From an uncultured Verrucomicrobiae bacterium (GTDB lineage Bacteria; Verrucomicrobiota; Verrucomicrobiia; Chthoniobacterales; JAATET01), in the NCBI GenBank assembly GCA_963719495.1, contig CAVRCI010000002.1, positions 352,001 through 416,000 on the forward strand: a stretch of DNA of 64,000 nt, read 5' to 3'. Shown here one piece after another: positions 38,136-47,112 of this stretch (its first letter is position 1; each line of letters starts with the position of its first letter). The notes beneath the pieces were generated by a model. The model made no database searches. It was given only the letters and a program-made list of their open reading frames with translations, and was not told the DNA's origin. The position numbers and the translations under genes were made by a program.

Positions 38136-39143
38136 ATGCTTCCTTGTCGACTGGCTTCGTTTTTTCTGCTGACCGCATCCTTCGGCGCTTACGCGGCTGG
38201 GACGTTGACGGTGGATCTGCCGATTCGGGGGCCGCTGGTTTATCCGGAGGGGTTGATGGCGGCTCCGCGGCAGGTGGCTTCGCCGGATGGGCGGGGCTAC
38301 GCCGAGTTTCTGCTGATGCCGGGGGCGAAGGGGGAGGAACTTTTCATCACGGTGATCTTCGCGGAGGACGGGTCGGAGGGGCCGGCGATGTTCTGGATCG
38401 GTGACGTTTCGGGCGAGCAGGTGACGTTGTCAACTGGATTGGCGGAGGGCGTTTCCGGGTTGAATCGACGGACGGTGCGTTTGCCGGCGGAGGTCTTGAG
38501 GGAGGCGGGGCGGGTCTATTTGTCGGGGGATCAGCGGAAGATTCTGCGGGTGCGGCTGGACTGGGTGGCTCCGACGGGGGTCTTCGTGGCGAGCGACGTT
38601 CAGAGGCCGGATCTCATCGCGGGTGGGCAAATGCTCTTTAATCAGGAGATGACGGGAAGCGAGGTGTTGGCGGCTCCGGATGCGTGGTTTGGCGACGTGC
38701 TGGACGCTTCGTTGCTGGACGGGGTGGCGGCTTTGGACGGGAACGTCGAGTTCGTTGTGCCTCTCAGCGCGCCGGGCGAGCAGGCGTTGCTTCGGGCGAA
38801 ATTTCTGGGGATTGCGCCGGGGGGCTCGGTGAAGGTGTGGGTGAATGGGAAGGTGGCGGGTCGGTTGCAGCCGTTGGTGCCGGCGCTGACGGATCCGGGT
38901 TACGTGCGGCTGAGATCGGGCCGGATGGCATTCGCGGGGTGGCGCGAGGGGTCGATTGTCCTGGATGATGGGTTGTTGAAGGAGGGGGAAAATTCCATCG
39001 TGCTCGAGACGGCGAAGAAGCGTTCGTTCGTTCGGGACGCGGCGCTGCAGTTGCGGGTCGCTCCGGCGACGCCCGAACCGGAGATCGAGCCACCCGAACA
39101 GCCGACGGTAGAGATTTCTTCCGAATCGGTCGAAATGCGCTAG
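38136..39143 (+). CDS. Hypothetical secreted beta-rich protein upstream of gspG
   Basis: Signal peptide, typical codon usage, no recognised motif. Confidence 0.7.
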   Translation: MLPCRLASFFLLTASFGAYAAGTLTVDLPIRGPLVYPEGLMAAPRQVASPDGRGYAEFLLMPGAKGEELFITVIFAEDGSEGPAMFWIGDVSGEQVTLSTGLAEGVSGLNRRTVRLPAEVLREAGRVYLSGDQRKILRVRLDWVAPTGVFVASDVQRPDLIAGGQMLFNQEMTGSEVLAAPDAWFGDVLDASLLDGVAALDGNVEFVVPLSAPGEQALLRAKFLGIAPGGSVKVWVNGKVAGRLQPLVPALTDPGYVRLRSGRMAFAGWREGSIVLDDGLLKEGENSIVLETAKKRSFVRDAALQLRVAPATPEPEIEPPEQPTVEISSESVEMR

Positions 39144-39178
39144 GTTGCCCTCGAATCATTCCATCCATCCCCATTGTC

Positions 39179-39607
39179 ATGAAAATCTCCTCTCCCCGCC
39201 GGAATCGAGCCGGCTACACGCTCTTCGAAATCATGCTCGTGCTGGGCATCATCACCGTGATCCTCGGGTCGGCGATCTACATGATGAGCGGAAATCTCGA
39301 CGCGGCGAAGCTGCAGCGGACGGACGGGGATTTTCAGACGATCGAGTCGTCGCTGAGGCTTTACGAGATGAGCAATCGGGCGTTTCCGACGACGGCGCAG
39401 GGATTGGAAGCCTTGGTGACGAAACCTACGTCCGAGCCGATGCCTCGGCGGTGGAGCAACATCATGACGGCGGTTCCGAAGGATCCGTGGCAGAACGATT
39501 ACGGCTACGTGTATCCCGGGAAGCGGAATCCCGCGTCGTTCGACATCTATTCGTTTGGGCCGGACAAGGTCGAGGGCACCGACGATGACGTTTATCCAGA
39601 CCGATAA
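39179..39607 (+). CDS. gspG: T2SS major pseudopilin
   Basis: G|YTLFE prepilin motif; FPTTAQGLEALV, DPWQNDYGYVYPG, DIYSFGPD..GTDDD. Confidence 0.93.
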   Translation: MKISSPRRNRAGYTLFEIMLVLGIITVILGSAIYMMSGNLDAAKLQRTDGDFQTIESSLRLYEMSNRAFPTTAQGLEALVTKPTSEPMPRRWSNIMTAVPKDPWQNDYGYVYPGKRNPASFDIYSFGPDKVEGTDDDVYPDR

Positions 39608-40082
39608 GCCGGGTGCGGTGTGCCCGCTTCGCGCCGGCTTCACGATGCTCGAGATCGTGATCGCGCTGATGATCATTTCCGTCGTCTTCCTGGGGGTCGC
39701 ACCGATGGTGACGGCGTCTCTTCAGGAGCGGAGGATGCGGGGTGAGATGGAGGCGATCGCCGATGTCGTGCGGGAGCAACGGGTGGCGGCGGAGGCTGAC
39801 GGCGAGGAGCGCCGGATGATTCTGACGCTGGACGGCTGGGAGCAGATCGACCGGGAATCGGGGGAAGGGGTGATGCTGCTGGCGGCTCCGAGCGAGGGGC
39901 GTTTGACGGTGCGGCTGCCGGGCCAGAAGAAGTGGGAGAAAATGGACGGGCAGATCTGGCGGTTCTTTGCGGCGGGGATGGTGACTCCGTTTTCGGTGCG
40001 GTTGGCGGAGGGGGATTCGTGGGTGGAGTCGGATTTCGATTTTCTGACGGGGCGGGTGGCGGATGAGCGGTATTCGTTCTGA
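39585..40082 (+). CDS. T2SS minor pseudopilin (GspH-like)
   Basis: G|FTMLEIVIAL; position after gspG. Confidence 0.8.
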   Translation: MTFIQTDKPGAVCPLRAGFTMLEIVIALMIISVVFLGVAPMVTASLQERRMRGEMEAIADVVREQRVAAEADGEERRMILTLDGWEQIDRESGEGVMLLAAPSEGRLTVRLPGQKKWEKMDGQIWRFFAAGMVTPFSVRLAEGDSWVESDFDFLTGRVADERYSF

Positions 40083-40488
40083 ACTAGCGACGGGAATGCG
40101 GAGCGGGCGGCTGGATCGAAGGCGGGCCTCGGCGTTCACGCTGTTGGAGGTGCTCATTGCGGTGGGTGTCTTCGCGATGGCGGGGCTGGGCCTTCTCATT
40201 GCGCTGGAGGCCACGGTACGAGGTGCGGGTGCGGTGCAGCGGGAGAATGAAATCCGGGCGCAGATCGAGAGTCGGCTGGCCCGGTTGTCGGTCGGACCGC
40301 TGCAGGAAAATGCGACCGAGAGTGAGCTGGATGGAACGCTTTATCGGGAGGCGGTCGAGCGGGAGGAGGTGACGGATGCGGCGTTGACGCGATTGGAGGG
40401 GTTTTGGAAGGTGGGGGTGACGGCGACTTGGCGGGAGGCGGGGGTGGAGCAGAGCTGGGCGGTGTCGCATTTGGTTTATCAGCCGTGA
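40063..40488 (+). CDS. T2SS minor pseudopilin (GspI-like)
   Basis: A|FTLLEVLIAV; gene order. Confidence 0.8.
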   Translation: MSGIRSELATGMRSGRLDRRRASAFTLLEVLIAVGVFAMAGLGLLIALEATVRGAGAVQRENEIRAQIESRLARLSVGPLQENATESELDGTLYREAVEREEVTDAALTRLEGFWKVGVTATWREAGVEQSWAVSHLVYQP

Positions 40489-41285
40489 GTGTGGAACAGA
40501 GTGCGGCTTCGGTGGTTGGGTGGGTCGGCGATTGCAAATCGCCGCTCTTTGAAACTTCGACTCAGCCCACTTCGTCGCTGGCGGGAGCGCGGGCTTTCAC
40601 TTTGATCGAGGTGCTCGTCTCCGTGGCGATTTTTATCATGCTGGCTGGGGGGATTTTTTCGGCGGTTTCGGTGGCGGTGACGGCTTCGGCGGACGTTTCG
40701 GAGGCTCAGTTGGCGACGGCTCGGATGGACGCGTTCCAGCGTTTTGTGCGGGTGATGTTCCTGAATCTTCCGGCGGATGCTTCGATCGATTTGCGGATTC
40801 GGCAGGAGGCTGGGAAGGGGGCGGTGGTCGAGATGCTGGTTTGGCCGGCTCCGGAGATTGCGGATTTTGGGGGGGCGGGAGCGCGGTCGGATGGTTTGGC
40901 TTTGGCGGCCCGCCCGGATGGGGCGGGGGCGTTCACGATCTGTCTGGCGAACTTCGACGCTTCGGAGGAGGACACGGCCCGGCGGGATGCGGAGTTGGAA
41001 TCGCTCACCTGGCTGCCAATCCTACCGGAGGTGCGGACGCTGCGATGGCGGTTTGGCGAGGCGAATGGGACGCCGCTCGTGGAGACCTGGAAGCCGGAGC
41101 AGGGGCGCCCTTCGATGGTGGACCTCGAACTGACGCGGTTGGATGGCTCGGTGCTGCCGTTGCAGTTCTGGCTGCCGCCGATCGCGGACGACGAGGGTGG
41201 GCCCGGGGCCGGCGGCGCGGGTTCCGCGGAGGAAAACGGCGAGGGCGGGCTGACCGGGGATGAGGAGGAAGTGGGTGAAAATTGA
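40485..41285 (+). CDS. T2SS minor pseudopilin (GspJ-like)
   Basis: A|FTLIEVLVSV; GTG start overlapping upstream stop (GTGA). Confidence 0.8.
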   Translation: MSVEQSAASVVGWVGDCKSPLFETSTQPTSSLAGARAFTLIEVLVSVAIFIMLAGGIFSAVSVAVTASADVSEAQLATARMDAFQRFVRVMFLNLPADASIDLRIRQEAGKGAVVEMLVWPAPEIADFGGAGARSDGLALAARPDGAGAFTICLANFDASEEDTARRDAELESLTWLPILPEVRTLRWRFGEANGTPLVETWKPEQGRPSMVDLELTRLDGSVLPLQFWLPPIADDEGGPGAGGAGSAEENGEGGLTGDEEEVGEN

Positions 41286-41289
41286 ACCA

Positions 41290-42228
41290 ATGAACGGACT
41301 GACCCCTCGGGGGAGTGCGCTGGTGTTGACGCTTTGGTGCGTGGCGATTTTGTCGGTGCTGATCGTGGGTCTGGCGCGGGTGGTGGATGCGGACGTGGAC
41401 GCTTCGAGTCTGGCGACGAAGCGGTTCGAGGCGCGGGAGTTGGCGCTGACGGGGTTGGCTTTTGGGTTGAACCCAAAGGTGAAGCGCGGGGACGAGCTGC
41501 TGCATCAGCGCCTGGAAAATGGTGATTCGATCGACGTGGCGGTGACGAGCGAGAGTGCCCGGATCAACGTGAATGACGTGCTGAGCGACGAGAACGACGA
41601 CACTTTGAAGGATCTGTTCGAACTCTGGGAGGTGCCGGAGCAATTGAGCCGCGTGACCGTGGATTCGCTCCGGGACTGGGTGGACGAGAACGACTTGCGC
41701 TCGCTCAATGGGGCCGAGGAGGATGACTTGCGGGGGCAGACAAGATATTCGATCCCGGAGAATCGAAACTTTATCTCCGTGGACGAAATGGAAAGAGTGC
41801 GCGGGATGGACGAGGTCATTGCGCAACGATCGGGCTGGGAGGACGTGTTTTCCGTGCTCAGTTCCGACAAGCTCGACGCGCAGGACGCGGGCGGTGACGT
41901 GCTGCGGGCGGTGGCGGGCCTGTCGAACGAGCAGGTCGGGCGGCTGAACGAGTCGAGAAACGGGCCGGACGGGGAGGCGCAAACGGATGATGATCTGATT
42001 TTTGAAAACCTCGAGCAGGTGGTCGCGGTCGTCGGACTGTCGGAGGCTCAGCGGCAGGCGCTCGAGGCGCGGTTTGCGATCGGGGTCGAGCCGACCCGGA
42101 TCGAGAGCGTTGGGACGACGGGCGGGGTGAGCCACAAGATTACGGTCGTGGTGAATCGGGATGAGGCGGATGGATCCGGGAATGGTGGCGGCGGCGAGGC
42201 GTCGATCCTGAGTTGGAAGGAAGGATGA
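41290..42228 (+). CDS. gspK: T2SS pseudopilin GspK
   Basis: G|SALVLTLW, ESARINVN, LRDWVDEND, GAE. Confidence 0.88.
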   Translation: MNGLTPRGSALVLTLWCVAILSVLIVGLARVVDADVDASSLATKRFEARELALTGLAFGLNPKVKRGDELLHQRLENGDSIDVAVTSESARINVNDVLSDENDDTLKDLFELWEVPEQLSRVTVDSLRDWVDENDLRSLNGAEEDDLRGQTRYSIPENRNFISVDEMERVRGMDEVIAQRSGWEDVFSVLSSDKLDAQDAGGDVLRAVAGLSNEQVGRLNESRNGPDGEAQTDDDLIFENLEQVVAVVGLSEAQRQALEARFAIGVEPTRIESVGTTGGVSHKITVVVNRDEADGSGNGGGGEASILSWKEG

Positions 42229-43448
42229 GTCGCGGTAAGAAGGAGCCGCCGGAGATGATCCGGCTCTGGGGGGACGTGTGGGAGCGCTGGCGTTGGCCGG
42301 GCGGCGAGGCGTCGGAACCGACTTGGGTCGAATCGGTCGAGCGGGATCCGGTGGTGTCGGGTCCGGCGACGACGCTGGCTCTGCCGGCGCGGTTGGTCGT
42401 GGCGGTGCCGATCTGGATCGACTCGACGGATCGGGAGATCGTCGACGAGACCGCGAAGCTCGAGGTCGAGGTGCGGGGGCTGCTGAGTAAACGGCAGACG
42501 GCGGGGGACGCGGTGGTTCGGCATCTGGAAGCGCGCGGGGATCGCACGCTGGTGCTGGCTACGGTCTTTCCCGCGACGATGCCGGACACGATCCCGGTGA
42601 CCTTGTTCGACCGCTACGAGGCAAGTCCGTTCCTGCGGGGATTTCAACCGGATTCGCTGACGCTCTGGCGCGAAGGGGGCGACCTCGTGGCTGCTTTCAC
42701 GCGGGGGGATCGGCTCGTCTACTGGGAAGCGATCGGGATGACGGACGATACGCGGGAGATTTCCGGGTGGTTGAATCTCGTGACTTTGCAGTTGCGGGCC
42801 GAGGCGGTGCTCGGAGGTGACGTGGAGTTGGTGAACGAGCTGGCCGGTTTCAAAGACGGTGTCATTCGGTTGCCGGCTGGAGTGGTGGGAACGGCCCCGG
42901 CCCCGGACGAGGTGAAGCCGACTTTTGCGGACGCGGTCTTCCGCTGGCGCCCGACGGCGGCGGTGGCGGCGGCGGTGGCGGCGGTGCGAGCGCGACAGAT
43001 TCGCCAGATTGCGGTCGCGGCGGTGGCGGCTTACGCGGGAATCCTGCTCATCGTGGGGCTTTATCTGGGGTGGCAGCGGCTGCAGATCGCGGGGACGGCG
43101 GGCCGGGTCGAGGATTTGCGGGCCGAGGTGACGACATTTCAACCCGTGGCGGACCAGTGGGAGCGGATCGGGGCGACGACCGAGACGGAATTTTTCCCAC
43201 TCGAGATTCTTCACCACGTTGTGGAGCATTTGCCGGAGGATGGGGTCCGGATGACGGTTTTCAGCGTCGAGGAGGGGCGGGTTCTCATCGAGGGTGACGC
43301 GTCGCCGCAGCGCCTGGCGACGCCGTTTTTCGACGCGCTGCGGGACGACCCCGACCTGGCCGGGATCCAGTGGCAGATGGGGACCCCGGCATTGCGACCG
43401 GATGGGTCGGCGAAATTTCAGATTCAGGGGACCTTCGATTTGTTGTGA
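42225..43448 (+). CDS. GspL/PilN-like inner membrane platform protein
   Basis: Cytoplasmic domain, one TM, coiled coil, PilN-like C-terminus; gene order. Confidence 0.7.
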   Translation: MSRGKKEPPEMIRLWGDVWERWRWPGGEASEPTWVESVERDPVVSGPATTLALPARLVVAVPIWIDSTDREIVDETAKLEVEVRGLLSKRQTAGDAVVRHLEARGDRTLVLATVFPATMPDTIPVTLFDRYEASPFLRGFQPDSLTLWREGGDLVAAFTRGDRLVYWEAIGMTDDTREISGWLNLVTLQLRAEAVLGGDVELVNELAGFKDGVIRLPAGVVGTAPAPDEVKPTFADAVFRWRPTAAVAAAVAAVRARQIRQIAVAAVAAYAGILLIVGLYLGWQRLQIAGTAGRVEDLRAEVTTFQPVADQWERIGATTETEFFPLEILHHVVEHLPEDGVRMTVFSVEEGRVLIEGDASPQRLATPFFDALRDDPDLAGIQWQMGTPALRPDGSAKFQIQGTFDLL

Positions 43449-44002
43449 GAGCGCTCAATAAAAACGAACGCATGCTGGCGCTGGCGCTGGGTGGGACGCT
43501 GCTCCTCATCGGGAATTTGCTCCTGTTCAATTGGGTGACGGGCCAGCTGCGGGCGAACGAGGCGGCGCTGCGGACCCAGCGGATCGCGATTCGCGAGTCG
43601 GAGGTGATGATCGCCGGGCGGGATTACTGGGAGGTGCGGGGCGAGTGGATCGAGCGGAATCCGCTCGAGGTCTACGACGGACTGCAGTCGGATTCGGCGT
43701 TTGCGGAATCGGTGCAGCGCGGGGTGCAGGCGGCGGGATTGTCCGTGGAATCCCAGAGTCTGCGCGAGTCGTTCAGCGCGGATGGCCTGACCACGACGGG
43801 TCTCGACCTGGACGTGCGCGGGGAGTTGCGGGCGATGGTGGAATGGCTGAACGCCCTGCAGGCTCCGGGCAACTACGTGGCGATCGAGACTTTCACGTTG
43901 AAGCGGGCGGATGCCGCTTCTACCATGCGTCTGCAGGTGCGGGTCACGAAGGTCTACCGCGACGCGGGCGACGAGGAGGTCGCGCTGTCTTCATCCCCAT
44001 GA
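43445..44002 (+). CDS. GspM/PilO-like protein
   Basis: LNKNERML then TM and ferredoxin-like tail; GTG coupled to upstream stop. Confidence 0.7.
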   Translation: MRALNKNERMLALALGGTLLLIGNLLLFNWVTGQLRANEAALRTQRIAIRESEVMIAGRDYWEVRGEWIERNPLEVYDGLQSDSAFAESVQRGVQAAGLSVESQSLRESFSADGLTTTGLDLDVRGELRAMVEWLNALQAPGNYVAIETFTLKRADAASTMRLQVRVTKVYRDAGDEEVALSSSP

Positions 44003-44655
44003 GATTTTTGACCGGTTTGCGTTTTGAGACGGCGTTTCGCGCCTGGGTTGGTGCGGCGATTGCCAATCGCCGCTGCTTGAGTTGCGTTCTCGTCGGATTC
44101 GGGACGTTTGGGCCGGTCGTGGCGCGGGAGGCGGCGGAAATTTTTTCGCCGCAGACGTACGAGATTTCGCGTTACGAGCACATTTGGGAGCAGTCGCCCT
44201 TCATCGTGGAGACGCAGGTCGTGACGCAGTCCGATGGGCTGGAGAAACGTTATTCGCTCACGGGGCTGGGGAAGGTGGGCGACGAGGCGATCGCTTTTCT
44301 GCTGGACCGCAATTCGCAGGAGCGCTTCTCCGTCGCCGTGGGTGAGACGCCGGAGTCCGGGGTGGAGGTGATTTCGATTGAACTGGACCGCGACCCGCGG
44401 CAATCCACGGCAACGATCCGCGTGGGGAGCGAGCAGGCCTCCATCGGCTACGACCCAGCGGCGCTGCTGGTCACGGCCCAATCGAACTCCGGCGTGCCGA
44501 ACGGCGACGGAGCGCGGCCAGTCGACCCCGCCTCGATCGTCCAGCGACGCTCGATCCCGGCCCCGGCGGTCGTGCCACCGGCGGTCACGCCGCCAGGTCT
44601 GCCGCCCGCCGCCAAGACCATCCGGCGTCGCACGATCACCCTCGATCAGAATTGA
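43999..44655 (+). CDS. GspC/PilP-like protein (putative)
   Basis: Position before secretin; YSLTGL...AFLLDR...VG beta domain; Pro-rich tail. Confidence 0.55.
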   Translation: MRFLTGLRFETAFRAWVGAAIANRRCLSCVLVGFGTFGPVVAREAAEIFSPQTYEISRYEHIWEQSPFIVETQVVTQSDGLEKRYSLTGLGKVGDEAIAFLLDRNSQERFSVAVGETPESGVEVISIELDRDPRQSTATIRVGSEQASIGYDPAALLVTAQSNSGVPNGDGARPVDPASIVQRRSIPAPAVVPPAVTPPGLPPAAKTIRRRTITLDQN

Positions 44656-44666
44656 TCCACTTCCTC

Positions 44667-46928
44667 ATGAAACTCTCGCCCTTCCTTCTCGTCGCCTCCA
44701 TTCTGCTGGCGCTGCCTTTGGCAGCACAGCCGGACCCCGCCGCAACCGATGCCGACGGAAACGTTTCGGTGCAGTTTCCCAATAATCCCGTGCAGGACGT
44801 GCTGGATTATTACCAGCGACTGACGGGTAAGATTCTGGTGCGCGATGGGAATCTGAGTGGAGTTCAGTTGACGATCACCGCCCCCGACTTGCTGCCGAAG
44901 GAGGAGGCGGTGGCACTGATCGAATCGGCGTTGCTGCTGAATGGATACGTGCTGGTCGACGTCGACGACAAGACCGTGAAAATCCTCGGCCCGCAGAAAG
45001 TGGCCAAGAGCGAGGGGGTGCAACTTTACACTTCCCCCGTGCAGCTCCCGACCAACGAGCAGGTCGTGAGTTACTTCATGCCCTTCCGCTACCTCAAGAG
45101 CGAGGAAGCGAAGACGCTCTTCGAACAATACGTGCAGACCCGGCCGATGCTGGGCGGCATCGTCGCGGTGCCGAGCGTGAACGCGTTGGTGATCACCGAG
45201 AACGTCGCGCTGGTGCGGAGGTTGATCGATCTCAAGCAGGTGATCGACGTCGAGGGGTCGCGGAGCATTACGAAATTTTTCGAACTCACGCGCGCCGATG
45301 CCGAGCAGGTGGCCGAGACGTTGGAGAAGATCTTCGAGGTCGACCAGCAATCCAACCCGACCACGCAACAGATCCAGCGGGTCGAGGGTCAGCCGCCGGG
45401 GGTGCCACCCGACGCCGTGCCGCCGGACGGAGGTCAGCCCAACCTCGTTTCCGCCGTGCCGCAGCGCATCAAGATCATTCCGGATCTGCGGACCAACCGG
45501 GTGATCGTCACGGCGCCGGAGGGTCAGATGGATTACATCGCCGAGATCGTGCAGAATCTCGACGGGGTTGTGGAATTCGGCGAGCCGTTGGACCGCGCGC
45601 TGCAATTTGCCAACGCGGGTGAGGTGCTTCCCGTCCTGGCGAACCTTCTGGCGGAGGGCGAGGACGACGAGCAGAAGTCGTCGGACGGCGGCGGGACCGG
45701 TGACAACAACGCGAATTCGAACAACAACAACGCCAACGGCGGCGGCGACTTCGCGGGAAGCGGTGGTGCCGCGGGCAAGCCCGATCTCCTCAACGAGCCG
45801 GCGGACAGCACGTCGCCGCAGTCCATCGTGGTCGGGAAGTCGAAGATCGTGGCCGACCGGGCGGGCAATCGGATCATCGTCTTTGGGCCGCCCGAGAGCC
45901 GGATGAAAGCCGACACGCTGCTCGACATGCTCGACCAGCGTCAGAAGCAGATTTACCTCGCGGTCGTGATCGGGCAGCTGACGCTGGGGGACGGCGTGAA
46001 TTTTGGCGTGGATTACCTGATGCGATTCGGCGACGTCCGGATCCTGGGTCAGGGCGAGACGGCTGGAATCTCGAATCTGCTCTCGAATCGCACGGCGGGC
46101 ATCGATGTGCTGCCCGGGACGGACCAGGCGATCGACGCGGCGGGGAACGCCGCGGCCGCTGTGGCGCGCAACGCTTTGCCGGTGGTCTCGGGATTGACCG
46201 TCTTTGGAACCATCGCGGACTCGGTCGACATCCTGGCGCAGGCCCTCGGGACGTCGAACCGTTTCAAGGTGGTTTCCCGTCCCTACGTTTACACGGTGAA
46301 CAACAAGAAAGCGGTCATCAGCAGCGGCCAGCAGGTGCCGGTCCCGACGAGTTCGCTCACGTCGGTCGTCGACAGCTCGGTCAACAACAACGGGACCGCG
46401 ATCCAGTCGAACATCGAGTTCAAGGACGTCGTGCTCAAGCTGGAGGTGATCCCGCTGGTGAATTCGCCGAACGAAGTGACGCTCAAAATCGCCCAGCAGA
46501 ACGACAACGTGCAGAGCAACGTGACGATCGGCGGCAACAGTGTGCCGGTGATCGCGACGCAGGAACTGCGGACCACGGTGACGGTGCCAAATCGGCATAC
46601 GGTGATTCTGGGCGGGTTGATCACGGATCAGGATACGTTCACGCAGGCCGGGATCCCGTATTTGAAGGATATTCCCTACGTCGGGGCGCTCTTTGGGACG
46701 ACGCGGAAAAATCAGACGCGGCAGGAGCTGATCGTGATGATCCAGCCGTTCATCATCAACACGGACGAGGACGTGCGGGTGGTGCAGCGGATCGAGCGGG
46801 AGAACGCGTCCTTCGACGAGGGTCAGCTTTACGACCTGCCCGCGCCGGTGGAAGTGCAGCGTGGGACGCTGCCGGGCGGGCGGTTCGAGAACCGGTATCT
46901 GGAGCCGGTGCCGGAGTTGGTGCGGTGA
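44667..46928 (+). CDS. gspD: T2SS secretin
   Basis: N0-N3 domains; NNKKAVISSGQQVP, LEVIPLVN, ILGGLI, GIPYLKDIPYVGALF. Confidence 0.95.
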   Translation: MKLSPFLLVASILLALPLAAQPDPAATDADGNVSVQFPNNPVQDVLDYYQRLTGKILVRDGNLSGVQLTITAPDLLPKEEAVALIESALLLNGYVLVDVDDKTVKILGPQKVAKSEGVQLYTSPVQLPTNEQVVSYFMPFRYLKSEEAKTLFEQYVQTRPMLGGIVAVPSVNALVITENVALVRRLIDLKQVIDVEGSRSITKFFELTRADAEQVAETLEKIFEVDQQSNPTTQQIQRVEGQPPGVPPDAVPPDGGQPNLVSAVPQRIKIIPDLRTNRVIVTAPEGQMDYIAEIVQNLDGVVEFGEPLDRALQFANAGEVLPVLANLLAEGEDDEQKSSDGGGTGDNNANSNNNNANGGGDFAGSGGAAGKPDLLNEPADSTSPQSIVVGKSKIVADRAGNRIIVFGPPESRMKADTLLDMLDQRQKQIYLAVVIGQLTLGDGVNFGVDYLMRFGDVRILGQGETAGISNLLSNRTAGIDVLPGTDQAIDAAGNAAAAVARNALPVVSGLTVFGTIADSVDILAQALGTSNRFKVVSRPYVYTVNNKKAVISSGQQVPVPTSSLTSVVDSSVNNNGTAIQSNIEFKDVVLKLEVIPLVNSPNEVTLKIAQQNDNVQSNVTIGGNSVPVIATQELRTTVTVPNRHTVILGGLITDQDTFTQAGIPYLKDIPYVGALFGTTRKNQTRQELIVMIQPFIINTDEDVRVVQRIERENASFDEGQLYDLPAPVEVQRGTLPGGRFENRYLEPVPELVR

Positions 46929-47112
46929 TGGGGGGCGCGGTGAGGGGGAGTGCGGCTTCGCCGTTGGTTTGGTTCGGCGATTGCAAATCGCCGGTCCTCG
47001 AGGGGGCGGCTCGCTTCGCATCGCCTACCTTCGGCGGCTGGAAGCCGCCGCTCCTCGAATTATATTTCTCGGCGCTCGGCGCTCGACTCTCGATTGGGAG
47101 AGAGGGCCGCTC

